Below, piece after piece: positions 40,856 through 54,202 of a DNA stretch of 64,000 bases (positions are counted from its first letter, which is position 1; every line of letters starts with the position of its first letter). The notes under the pieces are model-generated. The model worked only from the letters and a program-made list of their open reading frames with translations, was not told where the DNA came from and did no database searches. The DNA is taken from NCBI RefSeq assembly GCF_009914755.1, contig NC_060925.1; one strand, given 5' to 3'. The translations under genes and the position numbers were made by a program. Origin of the DNA: the human T2T-CHM13v2.0 reference genome, Homo sapiens.

Positions 40856-41347
40856 TGATTTCTTTCTATGGAGTTAAGTACTGACTCTATAATCTTTGTC
40901 TGGACTGTCCATAATATGAGCGTGGGAGGCCTTCTATCCTTATTCTCTACAAATGTCTATAGCTAATATGCTCTGCTCCACCCAAATAGCCATCAAACAT
41001 CTTAATAAGCGTGTTCAGTATTTTCCCATTTCAGTACCTTTGTTCCTGCCATTTCTCTTCATTGGCAGCATCTACCATCCCTGACTTTTTAAATCCTTCA
41101 AAGTTCCTCTGAAACACTGCTCACTCAATCAAGACTTTCCTACTTTCTCTAACCTGTAATTGTCATGTTTCCTTTGGACTTCATGAAGTATACCCATTGT
41201 TTTTAATTCTCATTCTGTATTAAAATGTCTATTACAGTTTTTAAAATATTTTTTGTTTCCCCTACTTTGTTTCAGTTTTGGAGTTCATGGATATTTTGTA
41301 TGATTTGATATGTCAACTATGCAGCAAGTCATAAAATAGGAAGCATA

Positions 41348-41670
41348 GGCTGGGTGTAGTGGTTTACACCTGTAACTCCAGCACTTGGGAGGCCAAAGTG
41401 GGCCGATTGCTTGAGCCCAGGGCTTGAGAGCAGCCTGGGCAACATGGCAAAACTCTGCCTCTACAGAAAAATACAAAAATAAATAAATAAAATAGCTGCG
41501 TGTGGTGTTGTGTGCCTGTAGTCCCAGCTACTCCAGAGTCTGAGGTGGGAGGATTGCTTGAGCCTGGAGGCAGAAGTTGCGGTGAGCTGAGATCACTCCA
41601 CTACACTCCAGCCTGGGTGACAAAGCTAGACCCTGTCTCAAAACAAAACAAAATAATGACAACAACAGCA
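41348..41670 (+). mobile_element. AluJ
   Basis: gattgcttgagcccagg, ggcaacatggcaaaac, gggaggattgcttgagcc; TSD-like gaagcata on both sides. Confidence 0.93.
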
Positions 41671-41679
41671 AAAATGAAG

Positions 41680-41930
41680 CATAGTGTTTAAAAGCACAGA
41701 TTTTTGAAACCAAACAGTCTAAATTCTTACACTTGGAATCAGTCTCAGTTCTTCTACTTACTAGGTATGTGCTAGTTAACTGCTCTGTGGATCGATGTCA
41801 TTTATATAATAGCAATATTAAGAGTACCTGACACACAGCCCTGTTACAATAATTAAATGAGATAATACATGTAAACTGCTTACCACAAGACCTGGCAGAC
41901 AACAGTAGTGACACAAATAATGCTTACTCC
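41680..41930 (+). mobile_element. MIR SINE
   Basis: tctacttactaggtatgtg...aattaaatgagataatacatgtaaactgctt...cctggca. Confidence 0.65.
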
Positions 41931-43110
41931 TTGTCAGTATTCTTTTTATTGTCACTGTACAGAGTGGGCACAGAAGACACTTGCCAGATTAAATTGAAGT
42001 TTGGAGGTTTCTAGCTGAAGAAAAAGGTGGAAATAAAAGTATCATATTAAATAAGATGTCAAGTTAAAAGCCTATGACAGAGGAGAGGCCCAAATGGATG
42101 CATGTGTTGTTCGACTCTGGAGCCCCAGGCCTCGTGTGGTGCCTGGTACAGGGCACATGATTAATAATTATTGGTTGCACTAATGTAGTTAACAAAGAAG
42201 GTGCCATATTTGTGTGACAATGATGAGGACAGGGAAGGTAGGCCAGACACTGAGGGAAGTTCACTGTTACTAATTTCTGTGCTGCTATGATGATTCACAC
42301 TGTAATAGCAAAGTGGCCTGATTTTGTGACTGTAGCTCAAACCAACATGTCTTCTAGTACCTTCAATAGAGAGTTTGCTGAATGTGGGTTTAAGTAGATT
42401 TCTCAAAGTATGTGCCAGAGAGACAGTGTGCACTTCTGAAAACACATTTTTGACTCTTCCTAAATACAGATTTACATAACACTAGGTACAGCTTAATCTG
42501 TTCTTTGGGACAAAATGGAGTGACAATGGTATGATTATGGCAGGTTCAGCCATACACTCCTATTAAAAGCTTTTCCTTAGGTACTTTAAGAAAAAGTTAT
42601 ATTACAAACAAAAAGTAATGGGATTCCCAGACAGAAATCTGTGTTTAAATGGCATTAAAGCTGTGGTTCGAATCAACAAAAGCCAGGAAATCCAAAGTTA
42701 ACCTTTATCCAGACTGTTATACCAGTTTTTCCAACTGTGTGTGTCCCTGTGAGCAGCCCTCCCTTTGAATTTCCTGGCTCTGGCAACCAAAATCCACAAG
42801 TCGCTTTGAATTACAGTACTCTGGATCTGTTATTTAATGGGAATATATCCTGAGGATATATGCTTACTTGCAAATGCTTTTATGTGTAGTCACTGTAAAT
42901 TCAGGAGTCATGAATCTAGTACTAATTTTTTCCTTTCAAGCTCTTGGAATACCCTTTCGTGCCAAATTGTGAGTCCTGTCTTATATCCAGGTAGAAGAAC
43001 TTGTATAACATTTGTGTTGTTAACACTGATAAAATTTAATATTATAGCTTATATGTCACAGTTATAATTCAAGTAAATTTCTAAAGGTTCTTTTTTTCTC
43101 TTTTCACCAG

Positions 43111-43147
43111 ACACGGCGATGACTTGATTGTAACTCCTTTTGCCCAG
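43111..43147 (+). CDS. PDE4B: PDE4B coding exon (37 nt), UCR1
   Basis: Acceptor ttttcaccag|A and donor CAG|gtatgt. CA+A completes Gln, then HGDDLIVTPFAQ. Confidence 0.98.
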
Positions 43148-43256
43148 GTATGTATTATGCTGGCCCTGGCTTGCTTTCACTGTCGCTGGTTTCTAAGTCT
43201 GAACCTGGCCATTTGTCTTCTTTTGTCCTTAACCGTTTAAAACATTTTTCTTCTAG

Positions 43257-43327
43257 GTCCTTGCCAGCTTGCGAAGTGTGAGAAACAACTTCACTATACT
43301 GACAAACCTTCATGGTACATCTAACAA
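43257..43327 (+). CDS. PDE4B: PDE4B coding exon (71 nt), end of UCR1 / LR1
   Basis: Acceptor tttttcttctag|G and donor AA|gtaagg. Translates VLASLRSVRNNFTILTNLHGTSN(K); follows a 109-nt intron. Confidence 0.98.
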
Positions 43328-45329
43328 GTAAGGATTGACTTTTTTGTGGAGTTTGAATCCCTAACATAAAGGCAAAAAATATTGAGCAGCATTTAAAAAA
43401 ATACAACTATTACATGGAAAATTGTCCTCTAAGCTAAGTTAATATACACAATAAAATTTGAAAACAGGATGGAGCACCATAGTATTTTAGAACTCATACA
43501 ACACTATAAGTAACCTAGTCTGGGTCTTATTCGTCTTTGTACCCATAAGACTCAGTACCAAGTAGAAATTCACAAATGAAAGAACAAAAGGAAGATTTAA
43601 TTTTCGTTGACTTTTACATTTACTACTTTGACCAGTAACTGCCATAAATTCTATTAAAATTCTTTTTGAATAAGTTATTAATGAATTCAGATATTCAAAC
43701 TTAAAATTAAATGTAGCAAAAAGTTCAAGTTCAATTTGCCTAATTTTTGATTGTCTATAAACAAGTTCATGCAGTTTAATGAATAAGAGTGGGATTATCT
43801 TCTCCTCCACCTTCAATTAATTATATGATCTTGGCATTTAAATTAATGTTGCTGATCCTTGATCTCCGTATCTATAAAATGAAGGGTTTGAACTTTATAT
43901 TCCTTGCAGTAACACTTTCTCCAAAATCATTTCGAATCTATGAGCTTAAGCTAAGTTCTATTCGGTTCACTCTTCTGCATGTTTTAAAACAGTATCACAA
44001 AGGTCAGAGAGTCATAGAACCCGTGATCCTGGAATGAGAGGACTGGAGGAGGCCTTTGAGACCATTGATTCTCTTGTTTAGTAGAAACCTAAGCTCTCAA
44101 GAATCCAGTGACTTGCTAACAACCCCCTCCCCCCGCATAAGTTAGAGACACAGCAGGGCCAAAACCTGTATCTAATTTTTCAGCCAGTGTTCACTACAGA
44201 GTATCCTATATCTCCAGTCTTTGTGAAGTTATTTTTCAGTCCTTTACTTTGCTTTCACACACATTTTCATAGAATAGTTTCATTAAAAGTGGGAGTAAAC
44301 CCTGCTTTGAATGTTTGCTTTTTCTTTCACTGTTTTATGACTAGGCTTTCTTGTGAGATGACTCTGTATACTCTGATCAAACTTCCATGTGAGTGATCTT
44401 TCTCACATGTTGTATGACTGTGTCACCCTCCAGCTTGAGGCATTTCAGTGGTCCAGTGTTATCATTAAGATAAAGTTTAAATGCTGGTGCTTGGCACTCA
44501 AGACAAATTAATTTGATTGATAGTTGCTTGGGTTTATATGTAGTGCAATGTATATGAAATCTAGAGGCTTGTCTCAGCCTCTTTTGGGTAGAACTCCATT
44601 TATTTATTTATTTATGTATTTACTTATCTATTTATCCATCCAACTAGTATTTATTTAGTACATACCATCCATTCATACATGGATATATGCATTTAACAAA
44701 TAACTACTGGGCACCCCCATCAGTACCAGGCACTGGTAATATAATAGTGACCAGAGCAGACAAGTCCTCTCCTCTTTTAGGGCTTACATTCTAATACAAA
44801 ATGCTGTAGGATGCAGTGTAAACAATCAGACCAGGTCTCTAGCCACATGGAATTATGTTCAATAATCATGGTCTGTTGTTCTCTGCATACTCTCTTCTCT
44901 ATCCTAATTATGGACTTACTGTTCTTTCTTCCTAAAATGTCTGTTTCCACTTGCCAGTGTCTGCTTGGCCAAATCCTGATTGTCTATGTCCCATCTCTAG
45001 TATCACCTTCACTGAGATGCTTTCCCTGACCTCACCAAACCTGGCTGAGTGGCCCTCATTTGGATCCAGAGTACTCTGAAAACCTTATCACTATCTTTAT
45101 GGATCTCTGCCCACCACTAGACTGTGTGCCCTTTAGGAGTAAGAATTGGGTTTAGTTTTTCTTGAATTCCCAAGAATAGCAGAATGCCTGACATACAGTT
45201 TGTGCTTCATAAAAATTCATCACATATATGAACTTCTGAATAAATAATTGTTGGAGGAAAGACCACCAATTATTTAGAAAATTATATTTGCAGGATTGAT
45301 TCCTTCTCTATGTTTTTTTCTTTGTAGAA

Positions 45330-45525
45330 TATGGCCTCTGGCTTCATAGCCCATTTCTACCCCCTTGAAAATGATGCACTTGGGCAAGCTAATTACTCTC
45401 TCTATATCTCAGTTTTCTAATGTGTAAAATAGGGTTGTTATGAGGATTAAATGAATTGATATTTGCAAAGCACTTAAAACAGCATCTTGCACAAAGTAGG
45501 TGCTCAATAAATGTGAGCTATTATA
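45330..45525 (+). mobile_element. MIR SINE
   Basis: ttgggcaag...ctcagttttctaatgtgtaaaat...gttatgaggattaaatga...gtaggtgctcaataaatg. Confidence 0.75.
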
Positions 45526-46819
45526 ATGGATCGTTACATTTCTCTTGCTGAATCCAGAAGTGGTGTAACACTTTGGGGTTTTCATATCTGTTGTCAGCTT
45601 AGATCACCATAAATGATATTCATGGTATTGAACAAATAAAGGTATTGTTACCCCCACTCTATGGATAAGGAAACAAAACTTAGGGAGAATAAATGACTTG
45701 GGCAAGAACGTACAGCTTCCAGTGGGCAACAGAGTTTTCCTTGAAACCTGTAATCCTGACTGTCACTGCAGTGCTCTTTTCATTTGCCAAACCTGTTAAG
45801 TCTTCTGGGTTATAGGAAGAAGTCCCTGGAAGGCTTTGGAACAGAAAGACATTTAGGAAGAACTTATGGAATAGATGAAGGTCAGAAAGCCTGAAGACAG
45901 AGACAGTAGCTAAAACAATATTTTCAGGAATTAAACATGAGGGTATAGCTCTAAACCAGAATGATGGAGATGGCAATGGGGAGGAAGGGATTAATATGGA
46001 CACATTTTAAAGGCTTCTTAAGCATGGCTGGACTGAGAACCACTACATTGCACAGCACTAGGGAGAAGGCGGGGTGGGTGGTGGTGTTCTCATTCTTATT
46101 TGTTAGCATGGGTTTGAAGGTTTTTTACCTCTGTTAGTAGTATCAGAACATTCAGCCCAACCCTGCTGATTAATAAGCTGTGCCAACTGAAACAACTTTC
46201 TCAATAATCAGGCCTTTCCAAACCCTTGAGGGTTTTGGTCCTTGTGAACTTTTAGGAACCAAGTACCCCAAGACCATAATTGCCATAGCACAGCTGAAGC
46301 ACAGCCCTTCCCACACTCTGGCTGAGGACTACCCTTCAAATCACGGCCCCTTGTGTCACCCTTGGTCCAAAGCAAGCCATGCTTATCACAAAAAGCAGGC
46401 CTCCAGTGGTAAGATAGTTGTATCTAATGATCTTTCTCAAATTCATACCCATGTGTACAGAGTTGATCCTGTTACTGATTGCAAGTACTACCTTGTCACC
46501 AACAAAAATTCAAGAGAGGGCACATTTACCACTAGAGCTTCACCAAAGGGAGTTGAGAGTGGTGCAGTCTAGCTCAGACTCAGTCCTGAATAATGGATTT
46601 CAGACATCAGGGAGCTGAAATCAATGAAATCAATTAGCCATCTCTGGAGCAGTCTGGCAGGGGCAGGCTGGAAAACTGAGTGTCCATTTAATGCACTCCA
46701 TTTTATTTCTAGATAGTGAATACCTTCAAACAACTAAAGAAAAGCCAAGAGAAGGAACTGAAGACAATAATGTTTGGCAGGAATGGATACAACATACAGA
46801 AAGCATACCCCCACCCGAA

Positions 46820-46860
46820 CACACACACAGACACACACACAAACACTCACACATATACAC
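46820..46860. repeat. Imperfect (CA)n repeat
   Basis: acacacacacagacacacacacaaacactcacacatatacac. Confidence 0.85.
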
Positions 46861-47266
46861 AGAGTTATCTTAACAGCTGAAACTGTAGAATTCATGGAAC
46901 TCAGATATTCCTTTCTGATATACTTGACTTCAGATCCAGGGTGCCACTCCCTGCCTTGAATGTAGCATTTAAGCAATAATTGTGTCCTAGGAGTGGTTTT
47001 CATGAGACATCTGGTTAGTGTGGTTTATTGTAGGAAAAGGAACTCCCACATAGAACTATACTTCTCATAAGTCAAGATTTCTTTTATCTTTTGGCTCTTT
47101 GCTGTGCATAAAAGCAGTCCATTGTCTGCTTGTGCTTTACCACTCAAAGGGTGGAAATCTCAAAGTTCCTGTTGAGGTGGTTTCCTTGCACCTTCATGAA
47201 ATATCCCATTGAGGGATGCTTGATTGGACCTGTATTTCTTGGCTGCAAATTAAAACCTACACTTCC

Positions 47267-48319
47267 TTTGTCCCAGGAGTTAATTTTGAAAATATGGCTT
47301 TCATTTAGAGTTGTTAATTCAGATAAGCGTTCTTAAAGCACTTGCTGACTTTAAACAGACTGCTGGAGTAATCAGGTGCGCAAGTGAGTGTGCCCACCAT
47401 TCAGCAGTCTGATAGCCAGGGGATGGAGCTGGGAGCAAATAGGTGTCATTTATCAATCGACTCTGTCATCAACATCATGAATGTCACCTGTGGCTATCAG
47501 GAAATAATGTAACTTCTTTGTATTAACATTCTTCCAAAGCATAATTTAATGAACATGTATGTAATCTTCAGGAAAGAACTAATAACCACTTAATTTTTTT
47601 AGTGCATATCTATCCAAAATGTCTTTTATTGCTGTATGTACTTTGGCATGTGAATTAAATTAACTGAGGATCATAAAATGTTTAGCGTTCAGAGCTGGAA
47701 TGAACCTAGCCAAATTTCCTCAGATGAAGTGAAGCAACATAGGTAAAACTCCTCACACAGGACTCAGTACGTTGTAAATCACCAGTAAATGTTAGTTGCT
47801 GCCTGCTCTTCTCAAGTGAGGAAGAAACTAGGAGGTTCCGTGAATTGCCCAAGGGCTATACAGTGGGAAGGTGCCAGAGCCAGGATTAGGATTCCTGTCT
47901 TCTTAGTCACAGTCCAGTTCTGTCTCCACTGTGCTATTCAGGGCTGGAAAGTATGAACTGCTATGGCCATATTATCTTCCCTATTTATATCACCATCTTC
48001 AGCAATCAGCCACGTAACTTCTTATGATTCTTCCATAAGTTACGGACTTTGGAAACTGAGCAACCAATACCACTTTCCTCTGGCATTCCTTACAATTTTC
48101 TGTCTGGCATTCTCATGCCCTACAAGCAATCATGTGGCTTGCAGAAGTCATTTATTCATTGAAAATGTATTGAGCCTCTTCTTTGCACCAGGTCTCATGA
48201 ATAATTGACAAACCAAATAAACATGGTCCCTGCCTTTCCAAAGCTTCCACACAGAGATGCTTATCTGAATTGACAACTCTAAATAAAGCCATATTTTCAA
48301 AATTAACTTCTGAGACAAA
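47267..48319. repeat. Long inverted repeat: arms 47267-47328 and 48259-48319
   Basis: The reverse complement of arm B matches arm A at 58 of 62 positions (3 substitutions, 1 indel). Confidence 0.95.
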
Positions 48320-48499
48320 AGAATTTGTATAGTATGAGTAATTTCCAAGAAGTCATTGAGAGAATTAGGCACTGTGATTTGACACGCTATAAAGAAAGTA
48401 GAGATTTCTGACATTTGGGGTCTCCTAGTTCAGTTTCTTCTTTCACAAAAGTCTTCTTTGGAACTCAGGAAAAGGTGTAAGATAAAATTATTAAAATGC

Positions 48500-49760
48500 A
48501 TTATTAATCCAGTGCGTATGTGTTGAGTACCTCCATCATAGCAAATATTATGCCAGATCCCTGTGTTACAGTGGTGCACAATGTTCAATCATTGCTTAAA
48601 TTTCTCATAGATGAGTTGAAGAGAAAGACAGGAAAATGGGAAATACAATATAGAATGAGCAATGCAGTGGTTCAGTAAGCACAGGAAACTACAGAACACA
48701 GGTGAGGGCCACTCACAGAGGGAAGGCTCCTCTGAGGAGGTGATGCCTGAGCAGAGTCCTAGGACATATGAAAGAGCTAGCCACATAAAGAGAAGAAAAG
48801 TATCCAACTGAGCAAAATGTGTGCAAAGGCACAGCAACAAAAGAGAGTGCTGTGTTCGAGGAACAGCAAGTGGCATATAGAACCAAGACTGTATGTGAAA
48901 AGGAAACCAGATAAAATATTCATATAGAGTATTTGGTTCTCAAATCACTTTCACATCAGTGGGTTATTCAATCTACATTCTATTAACATTTTGGAGTTCC
49001 TACTATTTGCCAGGCAATATGGCGGGACCTGAAGAGTATGTAAGCAAAGAGATCAGAACTGGATCCTGCCATCAACAGGTCACAGATTACCAGTGGAGAT
49101 AATATGTGCCAATATGGACTGTAACATGAAGAAATGACCCTAAAGGTACAAATAAAGCACCATGAGAGATTAAAGAGACCATTCTTGGCTAAGAGGATGG
49201 CATCCTTTGGAGAAGGTTTGATGGGTAACTTAACCTTAAGTTAACCTTAACTTAACCTTTGATGGGTAGATTGTTTGGTGTGGAGACAGCTTCCTTGACA
49301 GGGGAATGAATGGCCTGAATAATGGCAGGAAAGGGGCAGCACATATTCAAGGAAAAAGAAGTGTTCAAGTTTGGCCTTGGCAAGTGTGAGTCAGCTCTGT
49401 CCCTCATTCATTCACTCTTCTATTCAATAAGTATTTACTGAATGCTTGTCATATGAAGGACCATCCTGGGTGCCAGGGATCAAGCGGTAAACAAGTTGTT
49501 CCCTGCTCACATAATGTTTACATTTAATCAAAGGAACTATGTATTGAACACTAACTAGACAGAGCCTATTTAAGCTATAATTTTAAAGTGCTACAAAAGA
49601 GAAGTACAGGATGCATGAGAGCACAGAGCCAGTCAGTGGTCTGAGATGAAATGTCAGGCAATGAGGAATTATGAGAGATAAGCTGGGAAAAGGATGTTGG
49701 GGCTAGAGAGCAAAGACTTTGAATGCCAGGCTAAGGATTTTGGAATTTAATCTCTTAATT
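48500..49760 (-). mobile_element. Cluster of L2 3' fragments
   Basis: Several L2 3'-end signatures: tgttgagtacc, tcattcactc...aagtatttactgaatgc, gaatgccaggctaaggattttggaatttaatc. Confidence 0.6.
49217..49268. repeat. 11-bp x3 insert between 11-bp direct repeats
   Basis: tttgatgggta (49217-49227, 49258-49268) flanking TAACTTAACCT TAAGTTAACCT TAACTTAACCT (49226-49258). Confidence 0.9.
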
Positions 49761-49799
49761 TTCCTGAAAAACAGCCCTCAGTATTAGTGCAGGTGTTAT

Positions 49800-50010
49800 C
49801 AGCATATAGTATAGTGGAAAGAGCATGCACTTTGGGTTCAGAAAGACTTAGCTTTGAATTCTGGCTGTGCCAATTATAAATCATGTGTCAGTATGTTTCT
49901 TAAACTCTCTGAGCTTCAGTTTTCTTATCCTTAAAATGGGGTGATAATACTCCCAGTGGAAGCTAAGAAATACCTAGCACAGCCTAGCAGAGAAAAGCAA
50001 TCACTATATG
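49800..50010 (+). mobile_element. MIR SINE
   Basis: tagtggaaagagcatgcactttggg...ctctctgagcttcagttttcttatccttaaaatgggg. Confidence 0.75.
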
Positions 50011-50329
50011 ATAATTTCCCTTCTCTTGTCACATGTGAAAATTTCATACCACTGAGAGTTTAAAAGTACCCTGCCTAAGATCACCCAGCTAGTAAATTAA
50101 TGGTAGATGTGGACCCTGTCTATAGACTACGGCTACTAGGTATGGGTACCTACAAGCTAGATTGTCCCTAAAGGACCAGAGATTAATTCAGAGCAGTAGA
50201 AAAACCTAGGGAATTAATTCTGTGGCCACACCAGTAGGAAGACTCTTCTTTAGCAACAACGATGCAGGCTGTTCTTTGTCATTTAGAATTTGGCTTCGTT
50301 CTCACGCTTGCCTGTGCAAGAGAATGCAA

Positions 50330-50458
50330 AAAGAAGTGAAAACTACAGATTCCCAGGCCTCATCTCGGATATACTGAAATAGACTCTTCAGGGTTGGAAA
50401 AAGAAATTTAATAGCTCCCCAGATGAGTCGGCTGCGTATCCATGTTTGAGAACCACTG
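50330..50458. mobile_element. MER5-type hAT-Charlie fragment
   Basis: cagattcccaggcc...tactgaa...agctccccagatga...gtttgagaaccactg. Confidence 0.65.
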
Positions 50459-50530
50459 GACTAGAGTCTCACTCTCTTGCTCATTGCAAATGTCCTGTTA
50501 CTCCTTAGTGGAGCAGAGAATCCTTAATGC

Positions 50531-50715
50531 CAGTGTTTCTGAAAATGTGGTCCTCAGACCAGCAGCATCAGCACCACTTGGGAACTTTTTATAAGGGCAA
50601 ACTTTTAAGCCCATCCCAGGCCTACTGAATCAGCAACTCTGGGGGTAGGGCCCAGCAGTGTGTCTGAATAAGACTTCCAGGTGATTCTGATGCACCCTAA
50701 AATTTGAGAGCCCCG
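50531..50715. mobile_element. MER5A hAT-Charlie element
   Basis: cagtgtttctgaaaatgtggtcctcagaccagcagcatcagcaccacttgggaac...ctactgaatcag...ccaggtgattctgatgcac...tttgaga. Confidence 0.85.
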
Positions 50716-51501
50716 CTCAATAGTATTCCTGAGAAGTTTTCCAGCAGTGCATCAGGAAACAGGAGAGTCTGGTAGAAGTTCTGCAAAACATGAGAAGAAG
50801 GGTAAGAGCAGTGAAATTGAAAGGTTAGGGGCAGAGAAAGGAAAAGAAACAAGAAAAAAGGAGGAGCCCCAGTACTATGGGAACATGGGTTTGCTTGTTT
50901 CATTTAACCCCTGACATCAGCAGGCTTGTTATGATGTAGAATGACGTCCCAGTTCCTCCATGAAAATTCTGTTCCCTAAGTAAAGCAAGCTGGATGACTG
51001 TTCCCAGTGGTTGTGTGACCTTGGCAAGTGACTTCACCTCTCTAGGTCTCTGTCTCCTGAGGTACAAAAATTAGGGGCCTGAAGTGATTGATCGCCAAGG
51101 GTTCCTCTGGCTATAACTTTTTACAGCACTGCCCAAAGGAATTGAGATTCACTCTGGCATTTCGAGTGATGCCTGAGCAAGTGACTCTTTTTCTCAGGGC
51201 TTCTTGGAACAGCAAAACTTAAAACAGGGGGCTGGTTTGGGACCTGGAGTAAACAACTTCCTTCCTGGAGAGTCTGAGCATCCTGAGGACTTGCAGAGGG
51301 AAATTCCAGGCCATCTGGATGTGAGAGAATTGCAGTCATCTACCCGGGTTACAGGAGCTTGCCTTCCGGAGATGGCATTATGTCACTACATAGTTCATTA
51401 TGACCTGGAAAAGTCCTCAGTAACCATGAGGGTGGGGTGTCGGGGGTGGAATGGGCAGTTTTGATACACAGACTCAGTCCTTCTTTTCTCTGTCTCCACA
51501 G

Positions 51502-51551
51502 GAGGTCCCCAGCTGCTAGTCAGCCTCCTGTCTCCAGAGTCAACCCACAAG
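51502..51551 (+). CDS. PDE4B: PDE4B coding exon (50 nt), LR1 linker preceding UCR2
   Basis: Acceptor ttctctgtctccacag|G and donor G|gtaggc. AA+G = Lys, then RSPAASQPPVSRVNPQ(E). Confidence 0.97.
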
Positions 51552-53851
51552 GTAGGCCATGTCATAAGGTCTATCTAGATGTTTCAAGATAGAATAATAA
51601 ACATGCCTCTTATTCAGAACTGTTTTTTAGAACAATAGTGTTGTTTGCATATTGTGGCTCTCAAAAGTATGTCTCTTGGTGACTTTTTTCTAAGGTACAC
51701 TGGAGCATTACTTCACTCTATTAAAACCACATTAAAAGCAGTACTAAATAATTTGCCCATTGTATGTGCAGGCTTTCAGAATATGATAAACATGGGGTAA
51801 TGCTGCCTCTTCCCCAAAGAGGAGCAGGAGACAGAGTTGTATTGACAGTGCAGCTTGACCTCAGCTTGCTGGCCCCAATAAACTCCAGGAGAGCTAACAT
51901 CGAAGACCTAAGGTGCTCCACGTTCGCCTGAGGGCCCCTGCGGATATGTTAGTGGTTTCCCTCTTAATGTCAACTATAGATTCCACTTGAATCTACATCC
52001 TTTCCAGGTGTGAAACCAAAGGCTCTTTCCAGGTCACGAATCATTTCTTTTGGAGGGCATCCAACTTTGTTCCTCAACGGTGTTTTGTTTTGTTTTGTTT
52101 TTTGTTTTTTAAGAACCTAACCTCTCATCTTTCAGGACAGTGCATCCACTTTTCTTGGTGTGTTGAGAGCTGCAGAGAGGAAGGGCCACCTTGAAGGAAC
52201 ACCATGGAGTTCTGTTGGAACTGAAATTCTTCTTCACACAAAATGCAACCAGTTCTATGATATTTGTTAAAGTCCAAATAATGTTTTCTCCTAAATCTGT
52301 TCCCTACTAATGTAGCAGTAGATTTGAGAAAAACCACAGGAGAAACAATTAAGATGAACTCACACTGAGATCACCTAATGCCTGACACCTAACGATGCCT
52401 CACATGCTTTTCTATTTCCAGCAGCGCTTCATACTTAAAATCTTTCTCTCTTGGTTGTTGTGTTTTCTTTCTGGTATCCTGATCATAAGTATAACGGAAG
52501 TATTACAAAAGCTTAGCTTCTAAAAGAAGGGAACAAAAGCAGCAGATTCTATTGGCTCATTGGCTTCTGAAGTATTTGTGGTGCATGCTTTTTAAAATAT
52601 TTTTATAAAAGAAAGATTGAGAACGAGAAAAAAAAGTGAAAGAAAGATACTAAGTAAAGGTGAGTTTACTCTAGAGCCTCGTAATATGAAATATAAAGAA
52701 GTAAACAGTACTCTATGGACTTCAAAAACCTGGTGTGCTGCATGTACTATTTCTTTTAGAACTTTTATAAAAAGAAACAAAATAGGATGTTTTAACATAT
52801 AACTCGTGTTACATACTTGGAGATCGAAGGAGGTAGTTTTGAAACTCCAATCATTTCATCATATTGGCCTACCAGTGAGGCAATGTTGCTCACATTTCTG
52901 TTAGCCAAATTTACATCAATTTGATTATTTAGACTATGTTTTCTTTTTCTTGTAATAAATACTGACAAACATTAGGAGAATATGTACAATTTATGGTTCT
53001 ATAAATTAGCTCATTAACCAAAGATGTGGTTGGAAAGATCCTTTTGTGATTATTGGCACAGCAACTACAGCTTGACAACTAGGGATTCTTTTGATAAAGT
53101 CTTCTCAAACAATGGAGCAAAGAAATGACAGTACCACTCAGGCAATTTGTTTCCTTCTGTCTCTGTGGCAAACTACAAAAATCTTGGCTTTTCACTGGGA
53201 AGAGAATGTAGTGATACCAATTACTACGTAATTACGGGTTTCAAAATCTCCTTAACGTTTAGCCACGGTTAGAAAAGGAAGGAGGAGACACACATCCCTT
53301 GTTTTGTTCTTATTATCAGCTTAAATAAGTCAGGCAGATTTTTCCTGTTATTTTAATATTTATCAGCATATGACAAAGAGGTGTGTTTAAATAGAAACTT
53401 TAAAGGGGAATGAAAAATAACTGGCTCAGAGCAAACAGAATTGAGAACTGGAGTGCTGCTTCAAAATATGATTTTTCATGATAGTAAGATCAGGTTTTTA
53501 TTTCTCAGTACTGAAGTTGAATTCATGTATTTCAATTGAAATCTAAGATAAAAGGTACAAGAAATCTACATCAATTTAAACAGATTTAGCAACAACCTAG
53601 TTTGCTCAGAAAGCCTGACTTAGATAACTGTATTCTTGTATTGGAGCAATTCAGAGAGAGAGAGAGAAATACCAAATCTTAAAATGCTTTATTATTTTGA
53701 ACATATAAATGAGAAAAAATGCAATTTATTTTAAAAGCTAATTGTCAGAAACCATGGTAAATTGGTACATTTACTTTTACAAATTGATTATTAACTGAAA
53801 TATTAAATGGATACATCAAAGGAAAGCTCTCCATTTGAAATACCCCTCTTC

Positions 53852-54202
<351 letters not shown>

